A stretch of DNA of 64,000 nucleotides, taken from the sequence record OR842557. One strand, 5' to 3'. The notes under the pieces are model-generated. The model was not told the origin of the DNA and did not search any database. It saw nothing but the letters and a program-made list of their open reading frames with translations. The translations under genes and the position numbers were made by a program. Positions 16,424 through 26,085 of this stretch are shown here, piece after piece (positions within the stretch are counted from its first letter, which is position 1; each line of letters opens with the position of its first letter). Origin of the DNA: Escherichia phage 04086.

Positions 16424-17596
16424 ATGTCTGATTTAAAATCCCGTTTGATTAAAGCTTCTACTTCTAAAATGACTGCCGACCTGACCAAATCTAAATTGTT
16501 TAATGGTCGTGACGAAGTTCCTACTCGTATCCCTATGCTGAATATTGCATTAGGTGGTGCGTTGAATGCAGGCTTACAATCAGGTTTGACAATCTTTGCT
16601 GCTCCATCTAAACACTTTAAAACGTTGTTTGGACTTACCATGGTTGCGGCATATATGAAGAAATATCCAGACGCAATTTGTTTGTTCTATGACTCTGAGT
16701 TCGGTGCTTCAGAATCTTATTTCCGTTCGATGGGTGTTGATTTGGAACGTGTGGTTCATACACCAATCCAGTCAGTCGAACAGCTGAAGGTTGATATGAC
16801 CAACCAGTTAGAAGAAATTACTCGTGGCGAAAAGGTTATTATCTTTATCGACTCCATTGGTAACACTGCTTCTAAGAAAGAAACCGAAGATGCTTTGAAC
16901 GAGAAAGTTGTAGGTGATATGACTCGTGCTAAGTCACTGAAATCTCTGTTCCGTATCGTAACACCTTATCTGACCATCAAGGATATCCCTTGCGTAGCAA
17001 TTAACCACACTGCTATGGAAATTGGTGGAATGTACCCTAAAGAGATTATGGGTGGCGGTACTGGTATTCTGTACTCTGCTTCTACCGTGTTCTTTATCTC
17101 TAAACGCCAAGTTAAAGATGGTACCGAGCTCACAGGTTACGACTTCACACTGAAGGCAGAGAAATCTCGTACGGTTAAAGAGAAATCAACGTTCCCTATC
17201 ACCGTTAACTTCGAAGGCGGCATTGACCCATTCAGTGGATTGCTTGAAATGGCTACTGATATCGGTTTTGTTGTGAAACCTAAAGCTGGTTGGTATAATC
17301 GTGCATTCCTTGACGAAACCACAGGTGAAATGGTTCAAGAAGAAAAAGCATGGCGTGCTAAAGCTACCGATTGTGTTGAGTTCTGGGGACCGCTGTTTAA
17401 ACATGCTCCGTTCCGTGAAGCAATCGAGAATAAGTATAAGCTTGGTGCAATTAATTCTATTAAAGAAGTTGACGATGCGGTAAATGACCTTATTAACTCT
17501 CGTGTCTCTAAGAACGTTGCTGTTAAATTAAGCGGAAATACCCAAAGCGCCGCTGATATCGAAAACGATTTAGAAGAGATGGATTTAGATGACTGA
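16424..17596 (+). CDS. uvsX: recombinase UvsX (RecA-like)
   Basis: 390 aa; RecA-fold ATPase motifs; strong similarity to T4 UvsX as recalled. Confidence 0.95.
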   Translation: MSDLKSRLIKASTSKMTADLTKSKLFNGRDEVPTRIPMLNIALGGALNAGLQSGLTIFAAPSKHFKTLFGLTMVAAYMKKYPDAICLFYDSEFGASESYFRSMGVDLERVVHTPIQSVEQLKVDMTNQLEEITRGEKVIIFIDSIGNTASKKETEDALNEKVVGDMTRAKSLKSLFRIVTPYLTIKDIPCVAINHTAMEIGGMYPKEIMGGGTGILYSASTVFFISKRQVKDGTELTGYDFTLKAEKSRTVKEKSTFPITVNFEGGIDPFSGLLEMATDIGFVVKPKAGWYNRAFLDETTGEMVQEEKAWRAKATDCVEFWGPLFKHAPFREAIENKYKLGAINSIKEVDDAVNDLINSRVSKNVAVKLSGNTQSAADIENDLEEMDLDD

Positions 17597-17918
17597 TTTA
17601 TCTGATTTAGATAATTTTGTTAAAGATACCGAAGAGGGTCCTAGTGACCCTCGTTATTATGAGAAATCATTAGATATAATCCGTAAGTCAATGGGTTCTG
17701 TTAAGCAGGAAATTATGCTTACTTTACCTGATGGCACTGCTCACATCGTTTATGTGATGAATATTGTTATTGAGAAAGATGGAAAAGTGTCGGTTGATTT
17801 CGGAACACCTTCCGAAGACCGAAAAGAAGAGCTAGCGCTTCATGTAGAAAAATGTGTTACAATGCAAATACAAGAAGAACTGGATAAAATTAAATCTAAG
17901 AGGTGGTGGAAGTGGTAG
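17589..17918 (+). CDS. 40: probable gp40 head vertex assembly chaperone
   Basis: 109-aa ORF between uvsX and 41 (synteny only). Confidence 0.5.
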   Translation: MTDLSDLDNFVKDTEEGPSDPRYYEKSLDIIRKSMGSVKQEIMLTLPDGTAHIVYVMNIVIEKDGKVSVDFGTPSEDRKEELALHVEKCVTMQIQEELDKIKSKRWWKW

Positions 17919-19342
17919 AAACTATTTTGGCTCAACTGCTAGGCAATAGTGATTATTTCACTAAGGTCTGGCCTTATATGAATGATTCATATTTTGACCA
18001 GGGTCCTGCAAAGACCCTTTTCAAAGAAATTAAAAAACATGTCAATGAATATAATGCAGTGCCTTCTAAGAATGCATTGAGTATTGCGTTAGATAACAGT
18101 ACGCTTTCAGAAGTCGAGCATCAAGGTGCTAAAGAGCTTTTAAGTTCGCTGAATGCCGGACCTGAAGACCAAGAATGGTTGGTTAAAGAGACGGAGAAAT
18201 ACGTTCAGAAAGCAGCGATGTATAATGCAACTTCAAAAATCATTGAAATCCAAACTAATGCCGACCTTCCGGTTGAGCAACAAAATAGAAAACTTCCAGG
18301 TATTGGTGCTATTCCGGATATCATGCGTGATGCATTATCGATTTGTTTCGATTCTGAATTAGGTCATGACTGGATGGATGACTATGAAGAACGATTCAAA
18401 AGTTATTCCGATAAAGCACGTAAGGTTCCATTCCGTCTTAATATTCTGAATAAGATTACTAAAGGTGGTGCCGAGTTTGGTACTGAAAACGTATTGTTAG
18501 CAGGAACAAACGTAGGTAAGTCTCTTGGTCTGTGTTCATTGGCTGCTGATTATCTTCAATCGGGGTACGATGTTCTTTATATCTCCATGGAGATGGCAGA
18601 GGAAGTATGTGCTAAGCGTATCGATGCCAACCTTCTGGATGTATCACTAGACGATATTGACGATGGTCACGTCTCTTGGCCTGAATATAAAGCTAAGATG
18701 GATAAATGGCGTTCAACTGCCACTTTAGGTCGTTTAAAGATTAAACAGTATCCTACTGGCGGTGCTAATGCCGATACATTCCGTGCATTATTAAACGAAT
18801 ACAAGCTCAAACAAAACTTTGTCCCACAGGTCGTTATCGTCGACTACTTGGCCATCTGTGCATCGTCTCGTACGAAAGTTTTCTCTGAAAACAGTTACGG
18901 ATTGATTAAGATGGTTGCTGAAGAACTACGTGGACTTGCAGTAGAGAAGAAATTATTGTTGTGGACAGCAGCCCAGACTACTCGTGGCGCGAATGTTGCG
19001 GCTGAAATCGATATGGCTGATATTGCTGAATCCTTTGGTATTGCACATACTGCAGACTTCATGTTAGGTGTGGTCGAGACAGAAGAGTTCGCTCAGATGG
19101 GTATGCAGATGGTTAAGCAGCTTAAATCACGTTATGGCGATAAGAGCTACTACAACAAATTTAAGATTGGTGTTAAGAAAGGAAATCAACGTTGGTACGA
19201 AGTTGAAGACGATTCCAACCCAGGTCCGGTGAACACCGTTCGTGAGGCTACAGGTGAGATGAATCGTCAAGCCGAGGTCAATCGACAGACGCGTGTTAAT
19301 AGAAGTGATTTGGACGATTTAGCAGCATCTATCAAATTTTAA
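17903..19342 (+). CDS. 41: replicative DNA helicase gp41 (DnaB-like)
   Basis: Walker A GTNVGKS, 479 aa; GTG start overlapping gene 40. Confidence 0.95.
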   Translation: MVEVVETILAQLLGNSDYFTKVWPYMNDSYFDQGPAKTLFKEIKKHVNEYNAVPSKNALSIALDNSTLSEVEHQGAKELLSSLNAGPEDQEWLVKETEKYVQKAAMYNATSKIIEIQTNADLPVEQQNRKLPGIGAIPDIMRDALSICFDSELGHDWMDDYEERFKSYSDKARKVPFRLNILNKITKGGAEFGTENVLLAGTNVGKSLGLCSLAADYLQSGYDVLYISMEMAEEVCAKRIDANLLDVSLDDIDDGHVSWPEYKAKMDKWRSTATLGRLKIKQYPTGGANADTFRALLNEYKLKQNFVPQVVIVDYLAICASSRTKVFSENSYGLIKMVAEELRGLAVEKKLLLWTAAQTTRGANVAAEIDMADIAESFGIAHTADFMLGVVETEEFAQMGMQMVKQLKSRYGDKSYYNKFKIGVKKGNQRWYEVEDDSNPGPVNTVREATGEMNRQAEVNRQTRVNRSDLDDLAASIKF

Positions 19343-19362
19343 GGAGCTTCGGCTCCTTTTTT
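19343..19362 (+). terminator. rho-independent terminator
   Basis: GGAGC-TTCG-GCTCC + TTTTTT immediately after gene 41 stop. Confidence 0.65.
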
Positions 19363-19372
19363 GTTTTTAAGG

Positions 19373-19413
19373 GTTTACATCTCCTGTAGGCGTGATACTA
19401 TAGACCTATCAAC
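19373..19413 (+). promoter_or_regulatory. early promoter (GTTTAC-N17-TACTAT + AGACCTATCAAC box)
   Basis: hexamers with 17-bp spacer; conserved downstream box. Confidence 0.65.
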
Positions 19414-19425
19414 TTGGAGAACAAA

Positions 19426-19743
19426 ATGAAAACCATCGACTGTAAAGCAGAATATAAAGTGTATTACCATGGAAGTTGTAGTGTTGCTAATATTGGTAAT
19501 ATGCTTTGTCCTCCTGAGGAAACAGGAGTTTTGTCTGAAACCGGTCGTAAGAAAAACCTAAATCGTGTGTTCTTTACTGAAGATATCGGTTTGGCTAAGA
19601 TTTATGCTGGACGTGCAGCTCGTTCAGTGGGAGGAGAACCTCGTCTTTATCGTGTAATTGCTCCGGTGGATGTGGTTTGTTTAAATGATACTAAAGGCGC
19701 TACGGTTTATCATGCTGAATGGGCCTTCTGTGAGGAAATCTAA
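19426..19743 (+). CDS. hypothetical protein
   Basis: ATG with GGAGA RBS (track TTG start 19414 rejected). Confidence 0.5.
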   Translation: MKTIDCKAEYKVYYHGSCSVANIGNMLCPPEETGVLSETGRKKNLNRVFFTEDIGLAKIYAGRAARSVGGEPRLYRVIAPVDVVCLNDTKGATVYHAEWAFCEEI

Positions 19744-19938
19744 ATGTCCAAATTGACTACGGTAAAATTTGTATGCTGTTTTAATAATGCTGATACCGCT
19801 ACCAAAGAAGCTTCAATACCTGAAAATGATATTGTGTGGGTGGCCACTCAATTCGCTGAAATCAATGGCGTTCTAGTCAAGGCCTATGTCGACGACGTAG
19901 AAATTTATGAACATGATGCTCGCATTGAGGAAATCTAA
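19744..19938 (+). CDS. hypothetical protein (paralog of 19939-20142)
   Basis: TAAATG junction; C-terminal ...YEHDARIEEI shared with next ORF. Confidence 0.5.
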   Translation: MSKLTTVKFVCCFNNADTATKEASIPENDIVWVATQFAEINGVLVKAYVDDVEIYEHDARIEEI

Positions 19939-20142
19939 ATGCCTAAATTAGAGAAAGTAGTGTTTATTGGTTGGTTTGAAAATGGTAATATGTTTACCAA
20001 AGAAACCGTTCTGGATGTTAATGACCAAAATATGATTGAATGGGTTACAGTGCAGTATGCAGAAGTGAATAATGCGCTGGTGAAAGCCTTTGTTAATGAC
20101 AATAAAGTTTTTGAATATGATGCCCGCATTGAGGAAATCTAA
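19939..20142 (+). CDS. hypothetical protein (tandem paralog)
   Basis: C-terminal ...FEYDARIEEI; TAAATG junction. Confidence 0.5.
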   Translation: MPKLEKVVFIGWFENGNMFTKETVLDVNDQNMIEWVTVQYAEVNNALVKAFVNDNKVFEYDARIEEI

Positions 20143-20283
20143 ATGGAAGAGTTCGAATGTGTAGTATGTGGTTGTTCAGTTTGTGAAGACCAAGCGGTAT
20201 TTGATGCTTGGGACAATGCAACCTGTTTAGACTGTGACAGCGAATTCGAAGAAATTGCCCATAAACATGAAGGTGAGGAATAA
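20143..20283 (+). CDS. small zinc-ribbon protein (46 aa)
   Basis: CVVCGC...CLDC; TAAATG junctions both sides; below track cutoff. Confidence 0.4.
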   Translation: MEEFECVVCGCSVCEDQAVFDAWDNATCLDCDSEFEEIAHKHEGEE

Positions 20284-20523
20284 ATGAATATTACCTTAAT
20301 GAAACCAACTCCTAGTTCTTTTTGGAACAAATCTTTCGGTAAGCATAATATGTTTATCCAACGTACCGTAAACAACTGGGAACTGGTTCTTTCAGTTGGT
20401 CACAATGATTATGAACAAGAATACGTAGAGTTCTTCGAATTTCCTGTGAAGCCTACTAAGCGTCAGATTCGTCAGACAAAACGTAAATTCCGTAAGATTT
20501 ATTTGGAAGATTCGTTAAAATAA
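20284..20523 (+). CDS. hypothetical basic protein
   Basis: ORF, tight packing. Confidence 0.45.
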   Translation: MNITLMKPTPSSFWNKSFGKHNMFIQRTVNNWELVLSVGHNDYEQEYVEFFEFPVKPTKRQIRQTKRKFRKIYLEDSLK

Positions 20524-20524
20524 A

Positions 20525-20566
20525 GTTTACAACGGTCTATGGTAGTGATACTATAGACCTATCAAC
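20525..20566 (+). promoter_or_regulatory. early promoter (GTTTAC / TACTAT / AGACCTATCAAC)
   Basis: promoter family member, 18-bp spacer. Confidence 0.6.
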
Positions 20567-20582
20567 TAACGAGGAGTTAAAA

Positions 20583-20876
20583 ATGAAAAAGTTATTAATC
20601 GCAGCAATCCTTACAGTAGCATCATGTGGCACGGCTCCAGTTACGGCTGGATTGGATAAAGACCTTTGTGAATGGTCTATGACCGCAGACCAAGAATCGG
20701 TTGAACATCAGATTTATGCTGATATCATGAACATCACTAAACGTGACCGTCCTGACATGGTTAAAGAAGTGTCCGACCAATTAGCTTCAACCGGTGTTAT
20801 GCAGTACAACTATGTTTTGTATTGTGACGCTAATTTCGATAACAAAAACATTGTTAAAGAGGTTACAGGTGAGTAA
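20583..20876 (+). CDS. predicted lipoprotein (97 aa)
   Basis: signal peptide with lipobox TVASC. Confidence 0.55.
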   Translation: MKKLLIAAILTVASCGTAPVTAGLDKDLCEWSMTADQESVEHQIYADIMNITKRDRPDMVKEVSDQLASTGVMQYNYVLYCDANFDNKNIVKEVTGE

Positions 20877-20877
20877 A

Positions 20878-21735
20878 ATGATTAACAGAACTTTGGTTAT
20901 TAAAAAGCTTCGTTGTAAAAATCCAAACGCACAAGCATACAGGATGTTTTGGAGCGACGACCATCAGTACCTAGGTTATTTTATTGTTGATAGCGACGAT
21001 AGAATTGTATTCGCTCATAAACTTCTTAACAGAGAATTAAACCATTGGCAAGAACTTATTACTGTTAAGTCTAAATTATTTTCGCTCAATGTAATGCACC
21101 AATTGGTTTATTTTTTCGCTGACGGGTTTCCGGACAAGGTTGAATTTGAAGGATTCGAATTTAAAGATATCCACCCGGACAACGAATTGAATGACGGCGT
21201 TAATATGGATATCCCTAGCAAGTATATCAAAAACAGTCTGTTGAAAANCGCGGTGAGGTCTAAATTATTTTCGTGCAATACAATGCACCAATTGGTTTAT
21301 TTTTTCGCTGAAGGTATTCCTGACAAGGTTGAGTTTGATGGATTCGAATTTAAAGACATCCTCCCAGACAACGAATTGAACGACCGCGTTAATATGGACA
21401 TCCCTAGCAAGTATATCAAAAACAGTCTGTTGAAAATTCTGGAAGCTCCAGTTTATTCAATTGACGACCAGATTTTTAATGNTACTGTTAAGTCTAAATT
21501 ATTTTCGCTCAATGTAATGCACCAATTGGTTTATTTTTTCGCTGACGGGTTTCCGGACAAGGTTGAATTTGAAGGATTCGAATTTAAAGATATCCACCCG
21601 GACAACGAATTGAATGACGGCGTTAATATGGATATCCCTAGCAAGTATATCAAAAACAGTCTGTTGAAAATTCTGGAAGCTCCAGTTTATTCAATTGACG
21701 ACCAGATTTTTAATGCCTTTATGAATCGAGGTTGA
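20878..21735 (+). CDS. hypothetical protein; apparent triple repeat is N-junction duplication
   Basis: start MINRTL overlapping upstream stop; three ~230-bp near-identical units separated by N at 21248 and 21481. Confidence 0.45.
   Translation: MINRTLVIKKLRCKNPNAQAYRMFWSDDHQYLGYFIVDSDDRIVFAHKLLNRELNHWQELITVKSKLFSLNVMHQLVYFFADGFPDKVEFEGFEFKDIHPDNELNDGVNMDIPSKYIKNSLLKXAVRSKLFSCNTMHQLVYFFAEGIPDKVEFDGFEFKDILPDNELNDRVNMDIPSKYIKNSLLKILEAPVYSIDDQIFNXTVKSKLFSLNVMHQLVYFFADGFPDKVEFEGFEFKDIHPDNELNDGVNMDIPSKYIKNSLLKILEAPVYSIDDQIFNAFMNRG
21060..21720 (+). repeat. N-flanked triplicated unit (N at 21248, 21481-21482), likely artefact
   Basis: three near-identical copies with scattered mismatches. Confidence 0.65.
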
Positions 21736-21736
21736 T

Positions 21737-21958
21737 ATGTTTGTCTTAACTCAATTCTCTAAAGCCGTGTATAGTTACTCTTGTCAGTGGGAAGTCTTTA
21801 TCGATTCTCCTTCACCTAAGTATGGTGTTTTTGGACGAGTAACTACTCAAGCTTATGTTGCACGGCCGACTAAGCGCCAGCTTCGTAAACTTAAAAAGGC
21901 TCATCGCCAACTGATTAAAAGAAGGGAACAATATGACTGCAATGTGTACGGGCTCTAA
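21737..21958 (+). CDS. hypothetical basic protein
   Basis: ORF. Confidence 0.4.
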   Translation: MFVLTQFSKAVYSYSCQWEVFIDSPSPKYGVFGRVTTQAYVARPTKRQLRKLKKAHRQLIKRREQYDCNVYGL

Positions 21959-22124
21959 GATTTCTGTATTCGAATTGTTCGAAGAATATGAAATCGTATC
22001 AAAAGACCAAGAAGCTATCCATATTATTGCCGGTGATGGTGTGACTTGGATTATTCCACTTTACCACGAAGATACCTATGAAGTCACTGATGCAAATGGT
22101 GATAAAGCTATTTTCGTAATATAA
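21933..22124 (+). CDS. hypothetical protein
   Basis: ORF. Confidence 0.4.
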   Translation: MTAMCTGSKISVFELFEEYEIVSKDQEAIHIIAGDGVTWIIPLYHEDTYEVTDANGDKAIFVI

Positions 22125-22140
22125 ATAAGGCCAGGAGCCT

Positions 22141-22302
22141 ATGAAATCTTTTAAAGAAGTTATGAACGAAGATATGGTCGCAGGCGATGCAGGCGGAAAT
22201 CCTACTGCTATTGCCTCCGGAACTACCTCAGGCGCGGTCGTCAACAAAGGGCCTGAACAAATCCCATCTAAAAAGCGTAAAGAAAAATCCGAAAACGAAT
22301 GA
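22141..22302 (+). CDS. hypothetical small protein (53 aa)
   Basis: AGGAG RBS; Gly/Ala-rich then basic tail; below track cutoff. Confidence 0.35.
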   Translation: MKSFKEVMNEDMVAGDAGGNPTAIASGTTSGAVVNKGPEQIPSKKRKEKSENE

Positions 22303-22340
22303 TATAATGGCTCTATTAATTTAGAGCCCAAGGAAAAATA

Positions 22341-23585
22341 ATGTCATATGTCGATAGAGAATTTGCTGTACGTGCCTTGAATTACCAACCTAAATTCAGA
22401 CAAGTAACTGGTAGTGATTTTAAATTAAACTGTCGTTGCCGTGTATGTGGCGACTCCCTAAAAGATGAGAACAAAGCTCGTTTTTGGGCCTATCCAGCCA
22501 ATGACGGCTCCGTAATGCTGCACTGTTTTAACTGTGATTATTCAGCAGGAATTAAGAAGTACCTATACGAATACGAGCCTGATTTATATCGCGAATATAT
22601 TCTTGAGAAACATAAAGAGCAATCGTTCGGGAGACAAGCTGCACCTAAGGTGGAGATATCTGAAAAAATTAAAGCTAAGATGCCTGTCATCGAAAAGCTT
22701 AATTTCTGTGAACGATTAGATAGGATGCCGAAGGACCATCCTATTATCAAATATGTAACACTACGTTGCATTCCTGAAAACAAATGGAATCGGCTGTGGT
22801 TTACTAAAGAATGGCCTGCANNNAAACATAAAGAGCAATCGTTCGGGAGACAAGCTGCACCTAAGGTGGAGATATCTGAAAAAATTAAAGCTAAGATGCC
22901 TGTCATCGAAAAGCTTAATTTCTGTGAACGATTAGATAGGATGCCGAAGGACCATCCTATTATCAAATATGTAACACTACGTTGCATTCCTGAAAACAAA
23001 TGGAATCGGCTGTGGTTTACTAAAGAATGGCCTGCATTAGTTAACTCTGTGAATCCAGGGACCTATTCTAAAGAAATGCCTGAGCCTCGTTTGGTTATTC
23101 CAATTTTCAATAAGAATAAACAAATTGAAAGTTTTCAGGGTCGAGCCTTACGTAAAGATGCTCCACAAAAATATATTACAATAAAAGCTCATGACCAAGC
23201 TACAAAAATATATGGAATGGATACAGTTGACGAACGTCAATTGGTCTGGGTAATGGAAGGTCCTATCGATTCATTATTCGTACCGAATGCAATAGCAATT
23301 ACTGGTGGGTCATTGGACTTGGCTATAGTTCCATGTAAAGAAACTCGTGCCTGGGTAATGGACAATGAACCCCGCCATCCTGACACAATTAAGCGTATGC
23401 AACGATTAGTTGATGCTGGCGAAAGGGTTCTATTCTGGGACAAGGCTCCATGGCCTTCTAAAGATATAAATGATATGATTATGAAAGATAAAGCTGATAT
23501 AAATGATGTACTGGCATATATGAAAGCTAATATAGCCCAAGGTCTAATGGCTAAAATGAGACTTTCGAAATATTCCAAAATTTAG
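22341..23585 (+). CDS. 61: DNA primase gp61
   Basis: N-terminal zinc ribbon CRCRVCGD...CFNCDY, TOPRIM region, C-terminal ...AQGLMAKMRLSKY; N-junction duplication at 22821. Confidence 0.93.
   Translation: MSYVDREFAVRALNYQPKFRQVTGSDFKLNCRCRVCGDSLKDENKARFWAYPANDGSVMLHCFNCDYSAGIKKYLYEYEPDLYREYILEKHKEQSFGRQAAPKVEISEKIKAKMPVIEKLNFCERLDRMPKDHPIIKYVTLRCIPENKWNRLWFTKEWPAXKHKEQSFGRQAAPKVEISEKIKAKMPVIEKLNFCERLDRMPKDHPIIKYVTLRCIPENKWNRLWFTKEWPALVNSVNPGTYSKEMPEPRLVIPIFNKNKQIESFQGRALRKDAPQKYITIKAHDQATKIYGMDTVDERQLVWVMEGPIDSLFVPNAIAITGGSLDLAIVPCKETRAWVMDNEPRHPDTIKRMQRLVDAGERVLFWDKAPWPSKDINDMIMKDKADINDVLAYMKANIAQGLMAKMRLSKYSKI
22608..23033 (+). repeat. N-flanked near-identical duplication (N at 22821-22823), likely artefact
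   Basis: ~213-bp unit of gene 61 repeated. Confidence 0.7.
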
Positions 23586-23782
23586 GCAGGAATTCCGCTA
23601 AAGAATCCAATTATGCTTAACACGTGTTCCATTGTAACCGCTGGTAAAATTATCCCTTGGCTAGCGGCTACAGGGACTACTAAAAGATTCCAAAGGAATA
23701 CGTCTAGCGCAAGAAAACCTAACATCATTTTCTTGTCTTTCTTTTCGGCCAATTTCCAGATTTGGTAAAAAATACTGCCCAT
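23582..23782 (-). CDS. antisense small membrane protein (66 aa)
   Basis: AGGAGG RBS 5 nt upstream; two hydrophobic segments; AATAAATA late-like motif upstream. Confidence 0.4.
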   Translation of the reverse strand: MGSIFYQIWKLAEKKDKKMMLGFLALDVFLWNLLVVPVAASQGIILPAVTMEHVLSIIGFFSGIPA

Positions 23783-23874
23783 GTTATCCTCCTGTTAAAT
23801 TAATATTTATTCGCTTTAATCTGACAGTTTATAATTATCTAACTTACTAATGAATTGAAAAGGAAAAAAATATA

Positions 23875-24616
23875 ATGGCTCATTTTAATGAATGTTCTCA
23901 ACTGATTGCAGGTGTTGATAAAGCTGAGGAAGCTTATTTTAATGCTCTGATTCACGAAGATAAAGACCCTCTGCAGGTTATGCTTGATATGCAGAAATCT
24001 TTGCAGGTCCGTTTATCTAAAGATAAACCTGAATATAACCGTCATCCTGATGACTTGGCCACTGCAGGTGAAGTTGTTGATTGGTTGCGTAATCAGAAAG
24101 ATTATATTGATGACGAATTCCGCGAACTTCTGACTTCTCTTGGTGGCATGAGCAATGGCGAAAAAGATGCATCTGCAGTATGGAAGCCTTGGAAAGCTCA
24201 ACATGCTGAACGTCGTGAAACCTTGATTAACGATTTGTCTCCTGAAGACCAGCTCGAAATTAAATTNTGATGATTTGGCTACTGCAGGTGAAGTTGTTGA
24301 TTGGCTGCGTAATCAGAAAGATTATATTGATGATGAATTCCGTGAACTTCTGACTTCTCTTGGTGGTATGAGCAATGGTGAAAAAGATGCATCTGCAGTA
24401 TGGAAGCCTTGGAAAGCTCAACATGCTGAACGTCGTGAAACCTTGATTAACGATTTGTCTCCTGAAGACCAGCTCGAAATTAAATTCGAAATGATTGATA
24501 TTCTGCACTTTGTTCTGAATATGTTCCAGGGTCTTGGACTGACTGCTGAAGAAATCTTTAAACTGTATTATCTGAAAAATGCCGAGAACTTTGCTCGTCA
24601 AGACCGAGGTTATTAA
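23875..24616 (+). CDS. 56: dCTPase/dUTPase gp56 (MazG-like NTP pyrophosphatase)
   Basis: all-alpha NTP-PPase acidic motifs (DDEFRELL, EMIDILHF); ~172 aa once duplication at 24267 is removed. Confidence 0.75.
24048..24486 (+). repeat. N-flanked near-identical duplication (N at 24267), likely artefact
   Basis: ~218-bp unit repeated. Confidence 0.7.
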
Positions 24617-24831
24617 TGAAATTCAATTTCAAGAAATGGGACGATGATGGTCGTCCCGCCGTCAAAGCATTCGGCTCTAATGCAACAGAGCTCGGGCGGC
24701 ATTTTGAATTCCCAGAAGAAAACTATTTCCGGTTAGATAATTTTTACTGTCGGGATACAGATGATAGAAATCTATTCTGGGTCCTTATTAAAGGTGGCGG
24801 ACACTTTTATATTGATAAGAAATATGCGTAA
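24616..24831 (+). CDS. hypothetical protein
   Basis: ORF. Confidence 0.45.
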   Translation: MKFNFKKWDDDGRPAVKAFGSNATELGRHFEFPEENYFRLDNFYCRDTDDRNLFWVLIKGGGHFYIDKKYA

Positions 24832-24868
24832 TAAATACACCTGTAATTAAACAACAAAGGAGTTTATT

Positions 24869-25102
24869 ATGGGTGGTTTCGTTAATATCAAAACCTTTAC
24901 GCATCCAGCTGGTGAAGGTAAAGAAGTTAAAGGTACTGAGGTTTCGGTTCCGTTTGAGATTTATTCAAACGAGCATCGTATTGCAGACTCTCATTATCAG
25001 ACATTTCCTTCGGCCGTTGCAGCCTACACTACTGTAGTAACTGATGCAGCCGATTGGCGAACTAAGAACGCAGCAATGTTTACGCCTACCCCAGTAGTTT
25101 AA
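24869..25102 (+). CDS. soc: small outer capsid protein Soc
   Basis: 77 aa, VNIKTF...HYQTFPS resembles T4 Soc as recalled; late-like TAATAAATA ~30 nt upstream. Confidence 0.6.
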   Translation: MGGFVNIKTFTHPAGEGKEVKGTEVSVPFEIYSNEHRIADSHYQTFPSAVAAYTTVVTDAADWRTKNAAMFTPTPVV

Positions 25103-25108
25103 TTATAA

Positions 25109-25131
25109 GGAACCTTCGGGTTCCTTTTTTT
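25109..25131 (+). terminator. rho-independent terminator
   Basis: GGAACC-TTCG-GGTTCC + TTTTTTT after soc. Confidence 0.65.
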
Positions 25132-25141
25132 GGTTTTAAGG

Positions 25142-25171
25142 GTTTACTTTCTAGGAAGGTTGTGTTAAGAT
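25142..25171 (+). promoter_or_regulatory. possible early promoter (GTTTAC with weak -10)
   Basis: GTTTAC present; -10 poorly matched. Confidence 0.35.
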
Positions 25172-25197
25172 GGTCTTACCTTATAGAGGAGAACACT

Positions 25198-25407
25198 ATG
25201 TTAAATCGTTGGATTAAACCTAATAAAGGTCTAGATGAAATTATAGCTAACCATGTATTGAAAAAGTACTTCTATACGCCTTGGTATACCGAAGTTATTG
25301 TCCATTCATTTATGATGCATGAAGACGGTTCTATCGAATTTAATGCCGAAATCCGTCACGAGACTGATGATATTGATAAAGTTGAATTTAAACGAGGTTT
25401 CCTATGA
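25198..25407 (+). CDS. hypothetical protein
   Basis: ATG with GAGGAG RBS (track GTG start 25162 rejected). Confidence 0.45.
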   Translation: MLNRWIKPNKGLDEIIANHVLKKYFYTPWYTEVIVHSFMMHEDGSIEFNAEIRHETDDIDKVEFKRGFL

Positions 25408-25721
25408 TTCGTTGGCTTAAGAATTTTTTCAAGACCAAACCTGGCGAAGGGGTGGTTCCTATCTCAGGTCCGAAGGAATATGTTTACGTGGGTGGTGGTA
25501 TGATGGAAGAAGTTACCCGTCGACCTGAAAAAGCAGGTAATGTGGGGCTGGGCACTCTTCCTTTGAATTCTAAAAAGTTAAAAGAACATCTAGAAGCTCG
25601 TCGCACAAGCCATATTGATACTACTCCTATTATGGTTGCGGCTGCTGTTAGTTCGTGGACCGGTGATTCGTCTTATTCCGACTCAGGAAGCTGTGGCTCA
25701 TCGTCCAGCTCGTGTGATTAA
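25404..25721 (+). CDS. hypothetical protein
   Basis: ORF. Confidence 0.45.
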   Translation: MIRWLKNFFKTKPGEGVVPISGPKEYVYVGGGMMEEVTRRPEKAGNVGLGTLPLNSKKLKEHLEARRTSHIDTTPIMVAAAVSSWTGDSSYSDSGSCGSSSSSCD

Positions 25722-25921
25722 TGAAACCTTTATCGTGGCTTAAAGATTGGCTAGACCGTCCAGGCGATTATCTTGATGACGGATGGTTAGACCAAGCCAA
25801 TGCAGAAATGAAACGTGACTCCGAAGAATGGATTCTTAAAGGTATCCGTGAAGAACGCGAAAAGAAATTAGAACGCGAAGCCCTTAGGATTATGCGTGAC
25901 ATCTATGGGGATAAATCATGA
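25721..25921 (+). CDS. hypothetical protein
   Basis: ORF. Confidence 0.45.
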   Translation: MKPLSWLKDWLDRPGDYLDDGWLDQANAEMKRDSEEWILKGIREEREKKLEREALRIMRDIYGDKS

Positions 25922-26085
25922 CTATTAAAGAGGCCGAAAAACAAGCTAAAGAGGCGTTAGATTTGCTTCTTAAAATTGGTAGTAAAATGATGGAAGAAAA
26001 TGAGAAATACATCCAAGAAAATAAAATTCCGGATGGCCCTTTAGTAGGTAAACTAAGAAGAGGAAAACATAATGAAAGTCTATGA
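25918..26085 (+). CDS. hypothetical small protein (55 aa)
   Basis: ATGA overlap with upstream stop; below track cutoff. Confidence 0.3.
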   Translation: MTIKEAEKQAKEALDLLLKIGSKMMEENEKYIQENKIPDGPLVGKLRRGKHNESL

